Shown piece after piece: positions 28,376 to 41,789 of a stretch of 64,000 nt of DNA. A program made the translations under genes and the position numbers. This stretch comes from the human T2T-CHM13v2.0 reference genome, Homo sapiens. The stretch lies in NCBI RefSeq assembly GCF_009914755.1, contig NC_060926.1, one strand, 5' to 3'. Position 1 is the stretch's first letter, and each line of letters opens with the position of its first letter. Under the pieces are notes generated by a model. It did not search any database, was not told the DNA's origin, and saw nothing but the letters and a program-made list of their open reading frames with translations.

Positions 28376-29344
28376 CTAAAAGTTTACCAATTTTCTTTAT
28401 TTAATGTAGTTTGTTTACCCACATGTTTCACTCAGGAGTGTTTAGTTAGAATCCTTGTGTGACACTGTGTGATCGTGGGCTTTATTTTAAAGATGTTCAC
28501 ATTGAATAGCTCTTAGCAAAACAAGTTGAAGGAAGTACAGTATACCTACTTTAAAGTATGATAACAATTTCAATCCAATACAGACATATTTAGACAGATA
28601 CTATTATTTAATTATTGAATTATGAAAACATTTACCATATTATGTATGTTATGACATGAAATACTAACTATGAGCTGTAGTCAACATATATTTTGGAAAA
28701 AAAATCATTGGCATATACTTGGTACATCTAAATTAAAATGAGGAAGAAATCTAGAAGTGGTGTATACTCAACCAGAGTGATAGTCTTATTTATATCTGCT
28801 TTATTGTGGTTGAATTAGGTATATTAAGATCTTAGTATTATCAAAACACTAAGTTAAGAGAAATAGAGAGAAACAAGTGATATTTTTAATTTAATGCTTC
28901 ACATTTCAAGGGTTCTACTCTAATTATGTTGACTAAAATTCTGTTTTTGAGTTTTCATAACTTAATCATCATAAGTGAGTTATAAAATAAACATAAAAAG
29001 ACATACTAGTTTTATTATTCAGTAAACATCAAGAGACTGATATAATTGTATAAATCTTTCATTCGAAGTAAATCAATATTTTAATAGTATGAGCTAAACC
29101 AGAGGTCAATTTTACTTATAGAAACAACCAAAAGAGGTTGAATGATGTACCAATGTTCCAATTCTAGTTAAGGTCATAGGTTTGAATGTAAACTCTACTA
29201 ATGGAATGGCTGCTATACCCAGGACCTAGGACAAATTCTGCCATATATTAGACTCTTCATTAATGCTGTTGATGTGACACTTCTCCCAATTATTTTATAT
29301 TACATCTGAGGAAAATTTCAACTCTTTTGCTTCCATTTAAACTT

Positions 29345-29640
29345 GTTTTTATTTCTACTTTTGAGACAGAATCTCATTCTGTCACCCAGGTTGCAGTGCA
29401 GTGGCACATTCAGCTCACTGCAGCCTTGAACTCTCAGGCTCAGGGGATCCTTCCACCTCAGCTTCCTGAATAGCTGGGACTACAGGGACCTGCCACCATG
29501 CCTGGTTAATTTTTGTTTATTTTTTAGAAAGATGAGGTCTATGTTGCCCAAGCTAGTCTAAAGCTCCTGGGCTCAAGTCGTCCTCTTGCGTTGGCCTCCC
29601 AAAGTGCTAGGATTATAGGTGTGAGCCACTGTGCCTGGCC
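29345..29640 (-). mobile_element. AluJ
   Basis: 'gcagccttgaactctcaggctcaggggatcc', 'ctcctgggctcaag' (J diagnostics). Confidence 0.92.
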
Positions 29641-31302
29641 CTGAAATTGCTAATTAAACTAAATTAAAAGATTTAGAAGATTCGCTTTAAAGGACAATTT
29701 AGCTTATACACAGGGTGTTTCTAAAGTGAGATTCGCTTTTAGATGACACAAATTCAAAAACAAACATCAATGAATCCTTTAGCTAAATAATCACAAAATT
29801 TAAGTTAATAGGGCCTGAATCAATATCAATTTTTTAAAGCCTAAGTTAGTCATCAAAATATAATATAACCGTGGTAAAATTAAGTCCTGTGTACATTCCA
29901 CTGTGAAATTTACTTTCCACCATTTGGGAGGTTACAAGGAAAAAGAATCTCTTGGTTTAAAAATATTTTTTCTATGTTTAATTTTAGTTGTGCATTTTTC
30001 ATTTTTAGATTATTATTTTTTATTTGAATCTGTAAAGCTGTTAAAAAATGTGGAATAAAGTACTGAGGTAATCATCTGCTGTTTTACCATTTCCTTCTGG
30101 TGCCAGCTAAAATTAAAATGGGAATATCAGTGTTTAGAGATTTAAATGTTAGGCATGATTGAAATAGTATCATTTGGAAGAAAGGCTCCCAGACAAATCT
30201 CCCAACATGTATTGAAAAAGCAGCTGCTTTTACTGACTACCCTTCAGATTCCTCCATTAGTCTATTTAATGAATTTTTCCCTTTTCAAAATTGCAGTCTT
30301 AATCAGATTCCTGATGAAATAATATAGCTTTTTTTGCTAAAATTCAAATCTGGTGAGAAATACAAAACAAAACAAAATCTCCCAAGAATGTTTGTAAGGT
30401 TAGCCATTTCTCCCTGTAATCCCCACAAAAAAATGTATATATCTTTAGAAACGTTTGACCACAAAGATATCTCAGTTACCAAGATTTCTAGGTAAAGGAA
30501 CTGCCATGCACAGATACTTATTTCTTCAGGTTCATAATCATGCTATAGAGAATGACATGAAAAAAAAATTTACCCCTCTATCCTGGGAGTACATCATATC
30601 AGACCTTGGATTTCTCACAAGACAATAACTAGGGCATGCTTATTGAGTGCAAGTAAATTGCAGATGAATGTCTTGTTTCTTAGGACAATTATGGTCAAGT
30701 TATCTAGTTTTTTCAATAAAAACTGCCATTGAGTGCCATATTTTCATATGCACAGCCATCCAATTCATATGAGTCACTACCATGCACAACTGAGATATAT
30801 TCCTTATTCTCAATAAGCTCACTGTACTTGGGCAGAACCAAAGCTGGAGTGAGTACTATGAGTAATAGTAGGTTTATATCAACTCTTAAAGGAGATTTTA
30901 TATGCAGATATGGTCTAACACTGGTTACCGGGAGAAAAGTAAAAACAACTTATTTCTTCTCTGTTGTTTCCATGGGATCTGTTGTCGCTAAAACATAGCA
31001 AGAGCTGAGTAAATATATGTTGAAGAAAAAGTGGATGTGTTTAATTAGTGTGTTCTAGGAAAAAGATGAGACCTAGACCTTGAACTGAGAGGAAAGTCAG
31101 GGAAGGTTCTCTGGAGGGGATGAGAGTTCCCTGAGATCCTGGGCAGATATAAACATTGGGCAGGACCCAGTATAAGCAGCCAGGCTATATCGTTATTGGA
31201 GGTTATATTCTTTAGTCAAACTGAGACACCATTTATTTTTTGTATAAACAGCAATCCAAAAATGTTGAAGAAATTCTCGCTTTAAAAAGTAACTTAAAGT
31301 TT

Positions 31303-31510
31303 GTATGTATACATACACACATATATTGTTTATATGTACACACACATATATATACACACACATATTGTTTATATGTATATAAATAACTATGGGTATATAT
31401 AAACGTATATATATGTATATATGTGGCTACATATACATATATATGTGTATAAGTATCTACATTTACGTATCTACATATACATGTATATATACACATATTT
31501 GTATATACCC
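31303..31510. repeat. Degenerate (TA/CA/TG)n low-complexity tract
   Basis: Directly visible; includes 'acacacatat(at)tgtttatatgta' twice. Confidence 0.9.
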
Positions 31511-34409
31511 ATAGTTGTATTGTTTTTAGAAACCAGCATATAATCGAGCAAATCTGATAAAGCATTACATTCTGTATAAATTATTTCCTATACCAAAGGC
31601 TTTATAATTGAATTCTCTTATAGGTTTGCATTGTCTACTTAAAGTGTGAGTCAATTTACACAAGTTTCAATAAAAATTAAAAGCAAATAAGCAATAACAA
31701 CTTTACTGCCTTTTAGCTAAGGTTTGAAGTCTCATGATTTGCTATGCACAGGAGAACATTTAAGGGTTCACATTTTGAGGCCAAGGAAATATGAAGGAAA
31801 AATCAGTTATTATTTGAGGAAACAAAGGATGACATAAATAATATTCAAATGTAGTGTAATTGGTTGATCTAATGAAAATTCCTTGTTAAAGAATGACCTG
31901 AGAAATTTTTGACTCCTCATGAAAGAAGGAGAGGTACTTGCCACTCTTTCCCAGATGGGTAGCTAAAGATTGGGCCTGGGTTTCTTTTACCTCCAGGAGT
32001 AACAATTTTTTGTTTATAAAAATGTAGATCTGTGAAGGGAATATTTAACTGTACTCTACGTAAAGAATAGACTAGAGACCTTGGGACTTCTGGATTGAAA
32101 GGTAAGAGGCCCAAGTCAGAGGAGTAAATTGGATTGTCCTCTGTTAATGGTAGAGACCTGCAACCTTGCCTCACACAGGTCCTGGGAAGTTGTACCTAGC
32201 CTAGGGACTAATAGCTGCATGGTATCATTGGAGTCTGGGGAGAATAGCTCAGCCCAGCACTGAGGGAGTAAACTTGTCAGCAGAAAGGTCATCTTTCAAG
32301 TAGATCCCTAGGACAAATCAGGGTACATTTTCAGTGGTGATCACAATGGATTAACCCTGTCAAGGTTTCTCAGCCCAATTTCTTGAACAATGTAAGTCCT
32401 GGGGTCTCTACAACTCAAGAATACTAAGGGCATGTCACAATAATTGCTCTTAGATCTATCACTGATGTTGATTGGAAATAAGTTGCAAGCTAGGTGTGAT
32501 TAGATTGAGGACCAAATGAAGGAGAAAGGGAGGGAGGGAAAGAAGGAAGAACATGACAACAGGCAGGCAGGCAGGAAGGAAGGAAAAAAGAAAGAACAGA
32601 GGAAGAGAGGAAAGAGTAGAAAAAGAAAAAATATCCAGAGAACAAAAGCTTTTGGAATTTTTAAAATGAGAGAATTTTGAAACAATGTAAATGTCAAAAA
32701 TTGATAAATAATTACTTTCTAGATGAGAATGTGTATTTGCTTCCACTAATTGTTCTCAACTTCACAAAAATTGCCAAAAATTGCCTTCAGAGTCCCACTT
32801 ATTAAAACATTCAAAAGATACAAAGTCCTGAAGAATATGTAATAACTTTGCATAGAGTGTGTACTGAAAATGAAAGATAATAACGTCACTTAAGTGGAAA
32901 AGCTTTAGTATTTTCACTATGTTAACCAAGTGTACGGTCATGTGGCACATAATTTCTTAATGCTATGAATTTGTGTAGCTTATGATAGCTAGCTAGAATA
33001 CTTATTTATCTTCAAAAACACTTTGACATAGTTTGAAACGTGACATGTTCAGTGGAAATCTAACGCAGGGGATTCAAACATTTTCTAGTTTAGTAACCAC
33101 CTTGCATAATTTTCTAAAAAAAGTCTCAAGTAGAAAAACAAAAAACAATACTTTGCTCTGACATACATTGGTTAAACAGGAAATTAGTTGTCACAAACCA
33201 TCATTCAGAAAATATTTTAAATTAATTTACATTTTTATAAATCTCAATAAACTCCTCCTTGCATTTGAAAAAAATCACCATGTGTGCAAGACATGTTATT
33301 TATTCAATCTTCAGACATGCTTATTTCTCCTGTAAATTTAGGGGACCCATGCAATAATTCTGCGTCCCCTTAATGTCTATGCCTTGTAGGTTTTAAGAGA
33401 ATAATCACTTAGTTACCATTAAAAGTCCAAAATACTATAAATTTTTATTTTGAGTGAAGTAACATTAATGGTCCCCTTCTCATTACTCCTCTAAATAATA
33501 TCTTCTGAGCCATATACTAGTATTCTTAATGCAATCAAAAGTAGTGAATCACTTGTCTTTAACCTAATTACACCAGAAATGTTTAGTGTTGGTATGCATA
33601 CAAATAAGCTTGGCTTCAATATTTTATTTCATTGCAGCATCTGCTCTAAAAGGATTTTCCCTCTAAAATATATGCTTTATTGAATACTTAAATATGGTCT
33701 TTTGAACAGCACACGTAAGATTTCTCTAGATAATGCATTCTAACAAAACTTCCTTAGAAAGATCCGCACAAGGTATTATTCTTTCACTTATGAACAATAC
33801 ATTATTTACGTGTAGAATAGCAACTAATTACAATTGCTCTATCATTCTAGTTGCTTGGCTGTGATTTCTAAGTTTATGAATGCCTTTTAAAAATGTTCTA
33901 CCTAAGAGTCAGGTGGATACATTACAGCAAAAATAAGCTTGTTTTTATAATTCTGTAAAAACTAGTAACACAATTCTCTTCTGGTCATATGACACATATT
34001 GAATTTTAACACTTTTGCTTCATCTACATTTCCCCCTACATTTATATCCCTGTCTATATCAAGGAATTGATTAGAAAGCTACTCAAGCAAGCTTAAGTGA
34101 GGGAGTTCTACTGTAGGCATTGAATAGATTTTTCTGATATCTATGGTGAGTATCTATTGCTTGGTTGGCTTAGCAACATTTCCACCTTTTCCTCTGGAAA
34201 TATCTTTCTTCTTCTGACTTCAAGCTTGGAGTTTCAACGTCCCTGTGTCCTTACAACCCGAACATATGATGAGATTATCAGAGGCTTTCTCAAGTTGTTC
34301 AAGTTGTTTTCAAACTGTAACTAAAGAAAGAGGGTTTCTGTCTGGTGACAGCACTAAGAAAAAATGTTCCCCAAAGTCAAAATATCTGATTCGATTACAG
34401 CAACAACAT

Positions 34410-34590
34410 TCACATTTATTAAGTTCAGACATTCTACTAAGCACTTTGAACATTTAACAGCAACTCTATCATTATACACCACATATTACAGGTAAGGAAA
34501 CTGTAGGTTAGAGTCGATGTCCAAGTCTTAGTGCAACTAAGTCATAGTGCTCTTATCTAAGTCAGGCAGTCTAATTTTAATCTGGCAATG
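34410..34590 (-). mobile_element. MIR fragment
   Basis: 'cacatttattaag...ctaagcacttt...tattacaggtaaggaaactgtaggttagag'. Confidence 0.7.
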
Positions 34591-34599
34591 TTTACCTAT

Positions 34600-34850
34600 C
34601 ACTTTCTAACAGTGGAAAGAAATCTGCCTGAGTGTGAGGTGCATCATACAAAGAGAAGCACAGATGAGGGATTCGATAAGAGTGGATGGTGGTATTTGAG
34701 TCTACAGATCCAGCTGCTTCTCAGCTGTGCCAGAACCTCTCCCCTTCCTAGAGTGTGACTGTTAAACATTCCTTTAATTCTGATATTTCCTATTCTCCTA
34801 ATAAGTCTCAACTTTTTTCTCCCTTAATGTAATTTGAGTTGAGTTGCTGA
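34600..34850 (+). mobile_element. Old MaLR/ERVL LTR fragment (MLT1-like)
   Basis: 'tttgagtctacagatccagctg...aataag...cttaatgtaatttgagttgag'. Confidence 0.45.
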
Positions 34851-35559
34851 ATCTCCAAAGAAGGGAAAGATAGTAAAGGTGAGTCCCTCAAGAATGGGCA
34901 GAGGAATTGAGAAGCCAACATTCAGCGTTGCTCTCTTTGCCTCTCAAGAATACAAAGGCTCCCTTTCTTTCTGCTTCCCTCTCTTTTCTTTAGATCTTAT
35001 CTTTCTCTCCACTGCTTTTCTCCAACTACTCATTTTATTTTCCCTGACTAGAGATCTCCTTTCCTTTTTCATGGCTTTTTTGTTTGTTTGTTTTTTTTCT
35101 ACACAATGTACAATTTATTTCAAAGGGATCAAGAAATAACATATATATGTATATATACATATGTGTGTGTGTGTATATATATATACATATAGGCTTTTGT
35201 TATAACATCTTGTCAGCAAATAACTTGAGCTAATGAAAGATCTTGTTGGAAGGAAAGAGAGACTAACACTGGGGACAGGGAGGGTGAATGAAGGAGATGT
35301 GGAGAGAAGAATTATGCTTTTGGGAGCAGTGGGAAGAAAGACTATGGATTTTAGATCCATTCTGATACAATTACCAGATGTGAAATTGATAAAGACCACC
35401 CTATGGCACAAACTTTAGCTGGTGACTGGGGGTGTTCCTCTCAACACTAGCAGCATTGTACACTTCACTCATTTAGAACTCAGTCTATATGTCTCAGGTG
35501 TTTGTGTTTTGAAAGTCTGAGCTCCTTAATGGGAGAATCTGAAGAATGTTTGGAAGAGC

Positions 35560-35715
35560 CATAAAAATTGGATTTTAGTCATACTGTCAGTATATGCCTC
35601 ATATTCATTTTTATATGATAGTTATAATAACTCCTGTCTGCCCACCTTATAAAATTGTCATGAGACATAAAGTTATATAAATAATGTAAATATGCTTAGG
35701 AAACTGTAAAGGTAT
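35560..35715 (+). mobile_element. MIR fragment
   Basis: 'gcctcatattcatt...ctgcccaccttataaaattgtcatgag...aatgtaaatatgcttaggaaactgtaaa'. Confidence 0.55.
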
Positions 35716-36603
35716 AGGTAAACATGGGAGGTATGAGTCTTAATCTGTGTTTTATCTAGAATAAGCAATCAATATATTCTATGAAATTAAGGAACAATTA
35801 TTTAAGCAGTTCTTTAAAATTGAAGAGGAAGAACCTTCAGCCAGTAAAATAACACATTCATCATGTCATCTTGAAAGTATTTTATAATACAATGGATAGA
35901 ACAGAGATAATGAGATCCATCACTGCTACTATGATTCTCTCTTCTAATTTTTGTCCACTTTTCTATAAGAATTTCAGGAATCATGCCCTAAGATTCCATC
36001 CAACTGACTAATTTCTTGAAATTTCTATAACTTTGTCTCAACTGTACAAATTTAGTTTCATAAATGAATGTATGCTCCTTTAAGACAGGAGCCATGATTC
36101 ATTAAGCACCATTCTGAGTACTCAGTAAACACTACAAATATTATTGAAACATTTTTAAAATCATTCAATTGATGAGTTTTGAACCCAAAAGCCCTGTATC
36201 TATATCCATTTTTATCAGTTATTACTATGCCATTTGCTTTCCACTTAACGATATACCAAGTAGATATAGTTTGTTAATTGCAAATAGCACCCACACACAG
36301 TTGACTTTCACTATCTGAAACTGCCAATTACTCACTGCAAGTTACACAGTGTGCTTCTTTCTAGTTTCTGTCACCATGCTGATACTTAAAAGGATCCGTA
36401 AAGTTCCAAAATTGTTAGAAAATACGATGGCCAGAGCTTGATGCATCCATAGAGAGTAAACATTCAACCAAATTGCAGGGAGAGAAATGGGGTATAGGAA
36501 TTGTGTTAAGAGAAATGAATGACCAGGGGAAGTTAGAGGGCTAGTAATGCTGTCTTAGTTGGGTGGAATACCTAGTAGAAAATTAATCTGGAAGGAAGGC
36601 ATT

Positions 36604-36607
<4 letters not shown>

Positions 36608-36645
<38 letters not shown>
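36608..36645. repeat. (GT)19 microsatellite
   Basis: Directly visible. Confidence 0.97.
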
Positions 36646-36648
<3 letters not shown>

Positions 36649-38624
36649 GCTTTTGTTTTTTTTTACTACTTATGCTTATTGGTTCTTTCATTTGCTGCCT
36701 ACTATGTGTCAACTACTATAGTAGTCTCCGGAGATTAAAAAATTTAGCTATTTTGCCTTTGTGTAAACAATGTGACAAATACCATAACAAATTGATGTGA
36801 GGAATTTAATAAAGATGCTACAGGAGTCTATGTGTGTGAAATGTGTGTTTGTGAGGGTTTTTTTTCCTCTGTCCTAAGGAAAGATTTTACATCAGTAGGC
36901 AATGTTTATAAAGTTCCTCTTTAGTATTTCTTTCTTTCCAAATATTTGGCTTTTCTCTTGCTATTTCACGTAAAAATAGGTAAATATTTCCCAATAGTAT
37001 ATTACTGCAACTGTACGATTCCTTAAGGTTTCATGGAAAACTCATGTCAGAGTACTGCAAATCAGGAAGTAGAAAATGAACAGTCAGTATGATGTCTCTG
37101 AAAGTTTCATTTTATAAAAGAGAAATAGCAGCAGCTACAAGAAGCCATCACGCTTTGATTTTATGGCTAGCATGATCATAAAAATTCAAAGCACAATGTG
37201 GTCATATTTTATATATGTATTAAGAAGGAAATCATTTCCAAGGAGATATGCCTTCTCTCCATGTAGCCTCCTTCATAATATTTTATAGACAGTATAATTT
37301 CCCAATTATCTAAATATTGTTAAAGATGGTCAAATCTAGTGTAATCTAGCAAGTTGTTCTAGGTCATTATTAGAAACTACTAGAAATGCAAAATGATACA
37401 TAAATCCTCTTTAAAATGTATAGAATAGACTTATTTTTCCAGTAGAATTATGTCCAAGCATAAATAATCACTCTCTTTACAGATTACTGCAAGTACAAAA
37501 GCCAGATCGAAACTGACAGGGAATAAACAATGTAAGCTTAGATACAGATGCCTTAAAAAATCAATTCATGAGTTATTTTTAAAAAGCTAAAGACATTTGT
37601 AAAAATGTCCAATGTAAACATAAATATCTTTAAGCAGATGCAGTTTCAACTTTAAATTTATTTTCCCAAATTCATGATATTTTAGTATGTTATGAAGCAT
37701 CATACATACATTTACTCTAGCCAAAATAAATTTACTTTAAATAGGCAAAGAGAGCTCAGCCAACATATTTTGGTTAGCCAACATAATTTTTTAAAGCTGT
37801 TATATTTTTAAATTGTTAGACATATATAGCCATATAAACATCAGAGCTATAAAACCAAATTTAAAAAATATTAAAATGTCACAATGCTGACATGAATATC
37901 TACACTGACTTTATTGTATTGGATATAACCAGGAGAAGGGTAAGGAAGGAGGAAAAAGAATACAAGAAGGCACAAAACAGAAGATCAAGCTGCTACTAAC
38001 ACCAACATTCAACATAAACCTACTCTTCAGGGAACAAGGTGGAAGAAAAAGAAAGCCTGATTGCAGGGTGCAGAAAAAGGAAAATGAAATGAAGATGTTA
38101 ATTTCAAAACTCCACTAATAGATGATACTTTATTGAATCCTGGTATGTGTACAAGTCCAAAAATGCATACACATATATCTTCTTGCCTAAATATTAAATA
38201 TAACCATCAGCTTACTTCTGACATTGTGTTTAAGAATGAGAACCCTGATTGACAAGGATGAGTGTTCACACTTTGAATCTCGCTCTCTGCAACAACTCTT
38301 CTCGATGGGTTTCAATTCTTTCAATTCTGTGGGGCTTCTAATATAGGTAGGTCCTTTGCTGTGTGCTGGAAGGTTTTCTTCATAGGGACTAGAGGTGCAT
38401 ATGTCTTACTTTGTTGACACCACACTGTTCTCCTAACAAGCAGTGTTTGTAAAAGATAACAAAAAATGTTTATTGAATTTAATAGAGGGGGTGATAACGA
38501 CAAATTTAAGTGGTCATATTACTGTCTTTCATGGAGCTGGCTCAATACATAGTGAAGAATGAATATGATCAAAATACAATAAATGAATGAATTTTACTTC
38601 ACCTTGATGACAAAATTCTGAATA

Positions 38625-38907
38625 TTTTTCTTTTCTTTTTTCTTTTTGAAATAGGGTCTCACTCTTTTACCCGGGCTGCTGCAGTGCAGTGGTACAATCA
38701 TAGCTCACAGCAGCCTTGTGCTCTTGGGCTCAAATGATCCTCCGGCCTCAGCCTCCCAAGTGTCGGGGACCATGCCCCACCAAGCCAGTTAATTTTTACA
38801 TAATTTATTTTTAGACATGGGGTCTCACTATGTTGCCCAGGCTGGTCTCAAACCCCTAGCCTAAAGCCATCCTCCTGCCTCAGCTTCCTGAGTAGCTGGG
38901 ATTGCAG
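38625..38907 (-). mobile_element. AluJ (Jo-like), slightly 5'-truncated
   Basis: 'atcatagctcacagcagcc...gggctcaaatgatcctcc', 'ctcactatgttgcccagg'. Confidence 0.9.
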
Positions 38908-39589
38908 AACTTTTTTTTTTCTTTTATAACAAATGCTCTGCTATTCATACTTATTTTCTCCCTTCCTCCATTTTAACTACTAAAAACTACTAAAAAGCAT
39001 TTAATGTTTTTGCTTTCCTGTATACTTCATTTTCTTTTTAAATGTGTGTGTGTGTTTTGTGTGTGTGTGTGTCAAAGGAAAGAAGGCTTGAAATTACCTG
39101 TGCCCCTTATTGATCAGGAAAGTTCAATTTCAGCACTAGTCAGCGTTGCTCACATTTGGCACATGCGCCTTGACGTGAAACAACAGGTTAAGCAAAAGCA
39201 AACAAAACAAAAATCCAACTACAAGAAAGGGCTTGTGAATTTGTGAAAGACCTAGTTATCAGTGAAAAGAAGGTCTAAAACATGGCAATAGAGTCCCTTT
39301 TGTTAACATTTCAAGTCTGTCTAGCACCCCTTTGTTGTCACAATAATTTCTGACAAGTCTAAATTCCAGAAGTGATCAGAAGATCAAGGAGTTCCTCAAC
39401 AACAAAACAAAACAAAAAAAGCTTGATTAGTGGAGAACTGTTTGTTTGATTCCTATTTATTTTAGTCGTCGTTTTTCTTTACATCTATGCTATTGTCTTC
39501 CAGTTTTCTGCCAAACATTTGAGCAGCAGAGGTTAGAAAGCAATCATTTTCAGACCATTTTACGTCCAGGGATTTTCATATGGGCAATA

Positions 39590-39732
39590 TCTTAAAAATT
39601 CAACATACACAAAAGTTATAAAATGAAGTCTCTTTCCCAGCTGTAATGCAGAAACTGAGCTACTTCTCCAGAGAAGATTTGATGCTTCTAGTGAATCTGC
39701 TCTGTGTGTCCTTCCAAAGATGTTCTAAGCAC

Positions 39733-39776
<44 letters not shown>

Positions 39777-40700
39777 AACACACATCATTTTTATTTCTAC
39801 ACAAAGAGTAGAATGCTCTGTACATTGTTCTTTTCTGGCTTTAAAAAAAATTTAACAATTTATCTTTGAGATTATTCCATATAAGTTTATAAAGAGTTTA
39901 TGAAGAGCATCCTTTCTCTCTGTCTCAATCTCTCACTCATAATGGCAGCATATTTTCCCATAATATGAATGTAAAATAATTTATTTAACCCATATCATAT
40001 TCATGGGCATAAATGGTATTTCTAATATTTTGCTGCAATGAATAACCATGTACATACTCTTGTCATTCCTAGTATGTTTAATTGTACATGTAGGACACCT
40101 TTCTAGAAGTGAATTTACTCAGTTAAAGAGTATGGCACATTTAAAAAAATAAAAAAATAAACACTATATACATTTGAAAATTTTAAAGTTATATCGGAAT
40201 TTCCCTTCATAGAAATTTTACCAATTTACATTTCCACAAACAATAAATGAAAGCTTGGTCCTCACATCCTTATCAACACCAAATATAATCATACATATTT
40301 TTCCTGAACTTGAGAGGTGGAAAGAGGTTTTTCAGTGCTCTCATCATCTTTCTCCCATAGTTTTACTGCTATTGGAGTTTCATTGTTTATATTTAACTCA
40401 TCTATTTGGAATTAATTATGATGTAAATTTTAAAGTATACATCCGTTTTTTCCCCCAGATTCTGCTAAAATGGTACCCACATCATTAATAATTAACTCAC
40501 CTTTTCCCCACAGATACAGAAGGCTGTTTTTATTATATACTATAACTGCATAAATAAGTGGGCCGTTTTCTCAGTTTTATCATATCCCATTGACCTGTAT
40601 ATTCATGGGTGAATACTTCATGGTCTTTTTAATGAAAGTATTAAAACACTTTTAATAACCAATAGGACAATTACCCATGTCTTAGTTTTTAATTCAGGAT
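39590..40700 (-). mobile_element. Old L1 3' region (L1ME-like) containing a (CA)n tract at 39737-39774
   Basis: 'tatctttgagattattccatat', 'gctgcaatgaataacc', 'tctagaagtgaattt', 'tttaccaatttacatttccac'. Confidence 0.75.
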
Positions 40701-41293
40701 TTTAAATTAATATGAACAAATTTTACCAGGGTTAGCCCCAGTTAGAAAGCATCATTCAAGTTATTGTTGAATCACAAGGCTATTTATAAAGTCCTATGCT
40801 GTAAATTGAAAAACTCAAATAGTATCCTACAACATTTTAATCTGCCTGTGATGCTTTTGAAATTAAACAATTTCATCACAAGCAAAGAAAATATTTAAGA
40901 GAAATATGAAATAAATTGATTTGTGTTAGCAAGATAGTCAGCCATGTTTTGGGTTAGCAGAGTAGTTAGTAGATAGTATCTATAACAAAATATGTCTCAC
41001 GTTTTAAATTACTGACTTAAAACAAATTTAAGTTCCTAAATGATTGACTTAAAGACTAATTTGGCAGTACAAGCAATTAGTAAATTGAAGGCTGACTATC
41101 AAAGGACATAAAAAAGTAAGTGAAAGATGTTATTGATTAATCAAAACACAACTTTGGAGAAAGGCTTCAAATTGTAATCGTTTTGGACAGATTTTCTGAA
41201 GCTGGGTTTTTTTTTTATAAATTGTGCCTTTATGTTTTACCACATGGAGGGAAAAAACCCAACAGCATCGATCATCTAGCATCATCCATTTAC

Positions 41294-41323
41294 CTCTGAA
41301 GTCAAAAGTGCCCTATCTTCCAT
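41294..41323 (-). CDS. Candidate coding part of a first exon, MEDRALLTSE, phase-0 donor (unconfirmed)
   Basis: Minus strand reads 'ttggATGgaagatagggcacttttgacttcagag|gtaaat', within a TE-poor segment downstream of an X-box. Only 10 codons, so it could be chance. Confidence 0.3.
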
Positions 41324-41775
41324 CCAATTCAACACCAACTCTGGAATCAGCAAAATCCACAGACTTAATTAAGCAATGCCACATTTGGATCATGAACATG
41401 GATATAGGATAGAGAAAAACTGACAACGGAGAGGTAAAAGAGATATCATTACTTCATCAAGTCATGAGTGAGAGAGGCCAGTAGGATTTTTTTAAAGGAG
41501 GATGAAGGAAGGTTTGGGAAACAAGGAACAAAGAGCTTCATAAGTGTTGTCAGGTTCTGCAGCCTTTTCATAGGATTTAGCCAGGAGCAAGTCTTCCAGC
41601 TCTTGGAAAGTGTGAATGCAGGCTGTAGTGTTTACTCTGGTTCCCCATGTCGAATCGCCAAAGTATCATTTCTGTCCAAGGGCAGTCTGTGCTGGCGCAG
41701 GAAAGGAAAGGAAGGAGGGGTGAAGAGGAGAGGTTGGCTAGTGTTAAAGGGAGAGCTTTTCCACAGGGTTCTATG

Positions 41776-41789
41776 GTTGCTATAGTAAC
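41776..41789. promoter_or_regulatory. RFX X-box-like palindrome GTTGCTATAGTAAC
   Basis: Close to the RFX consensus GTTRCCATGGYAAC; both half-sites are recognisable. Confidence 0.5.
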
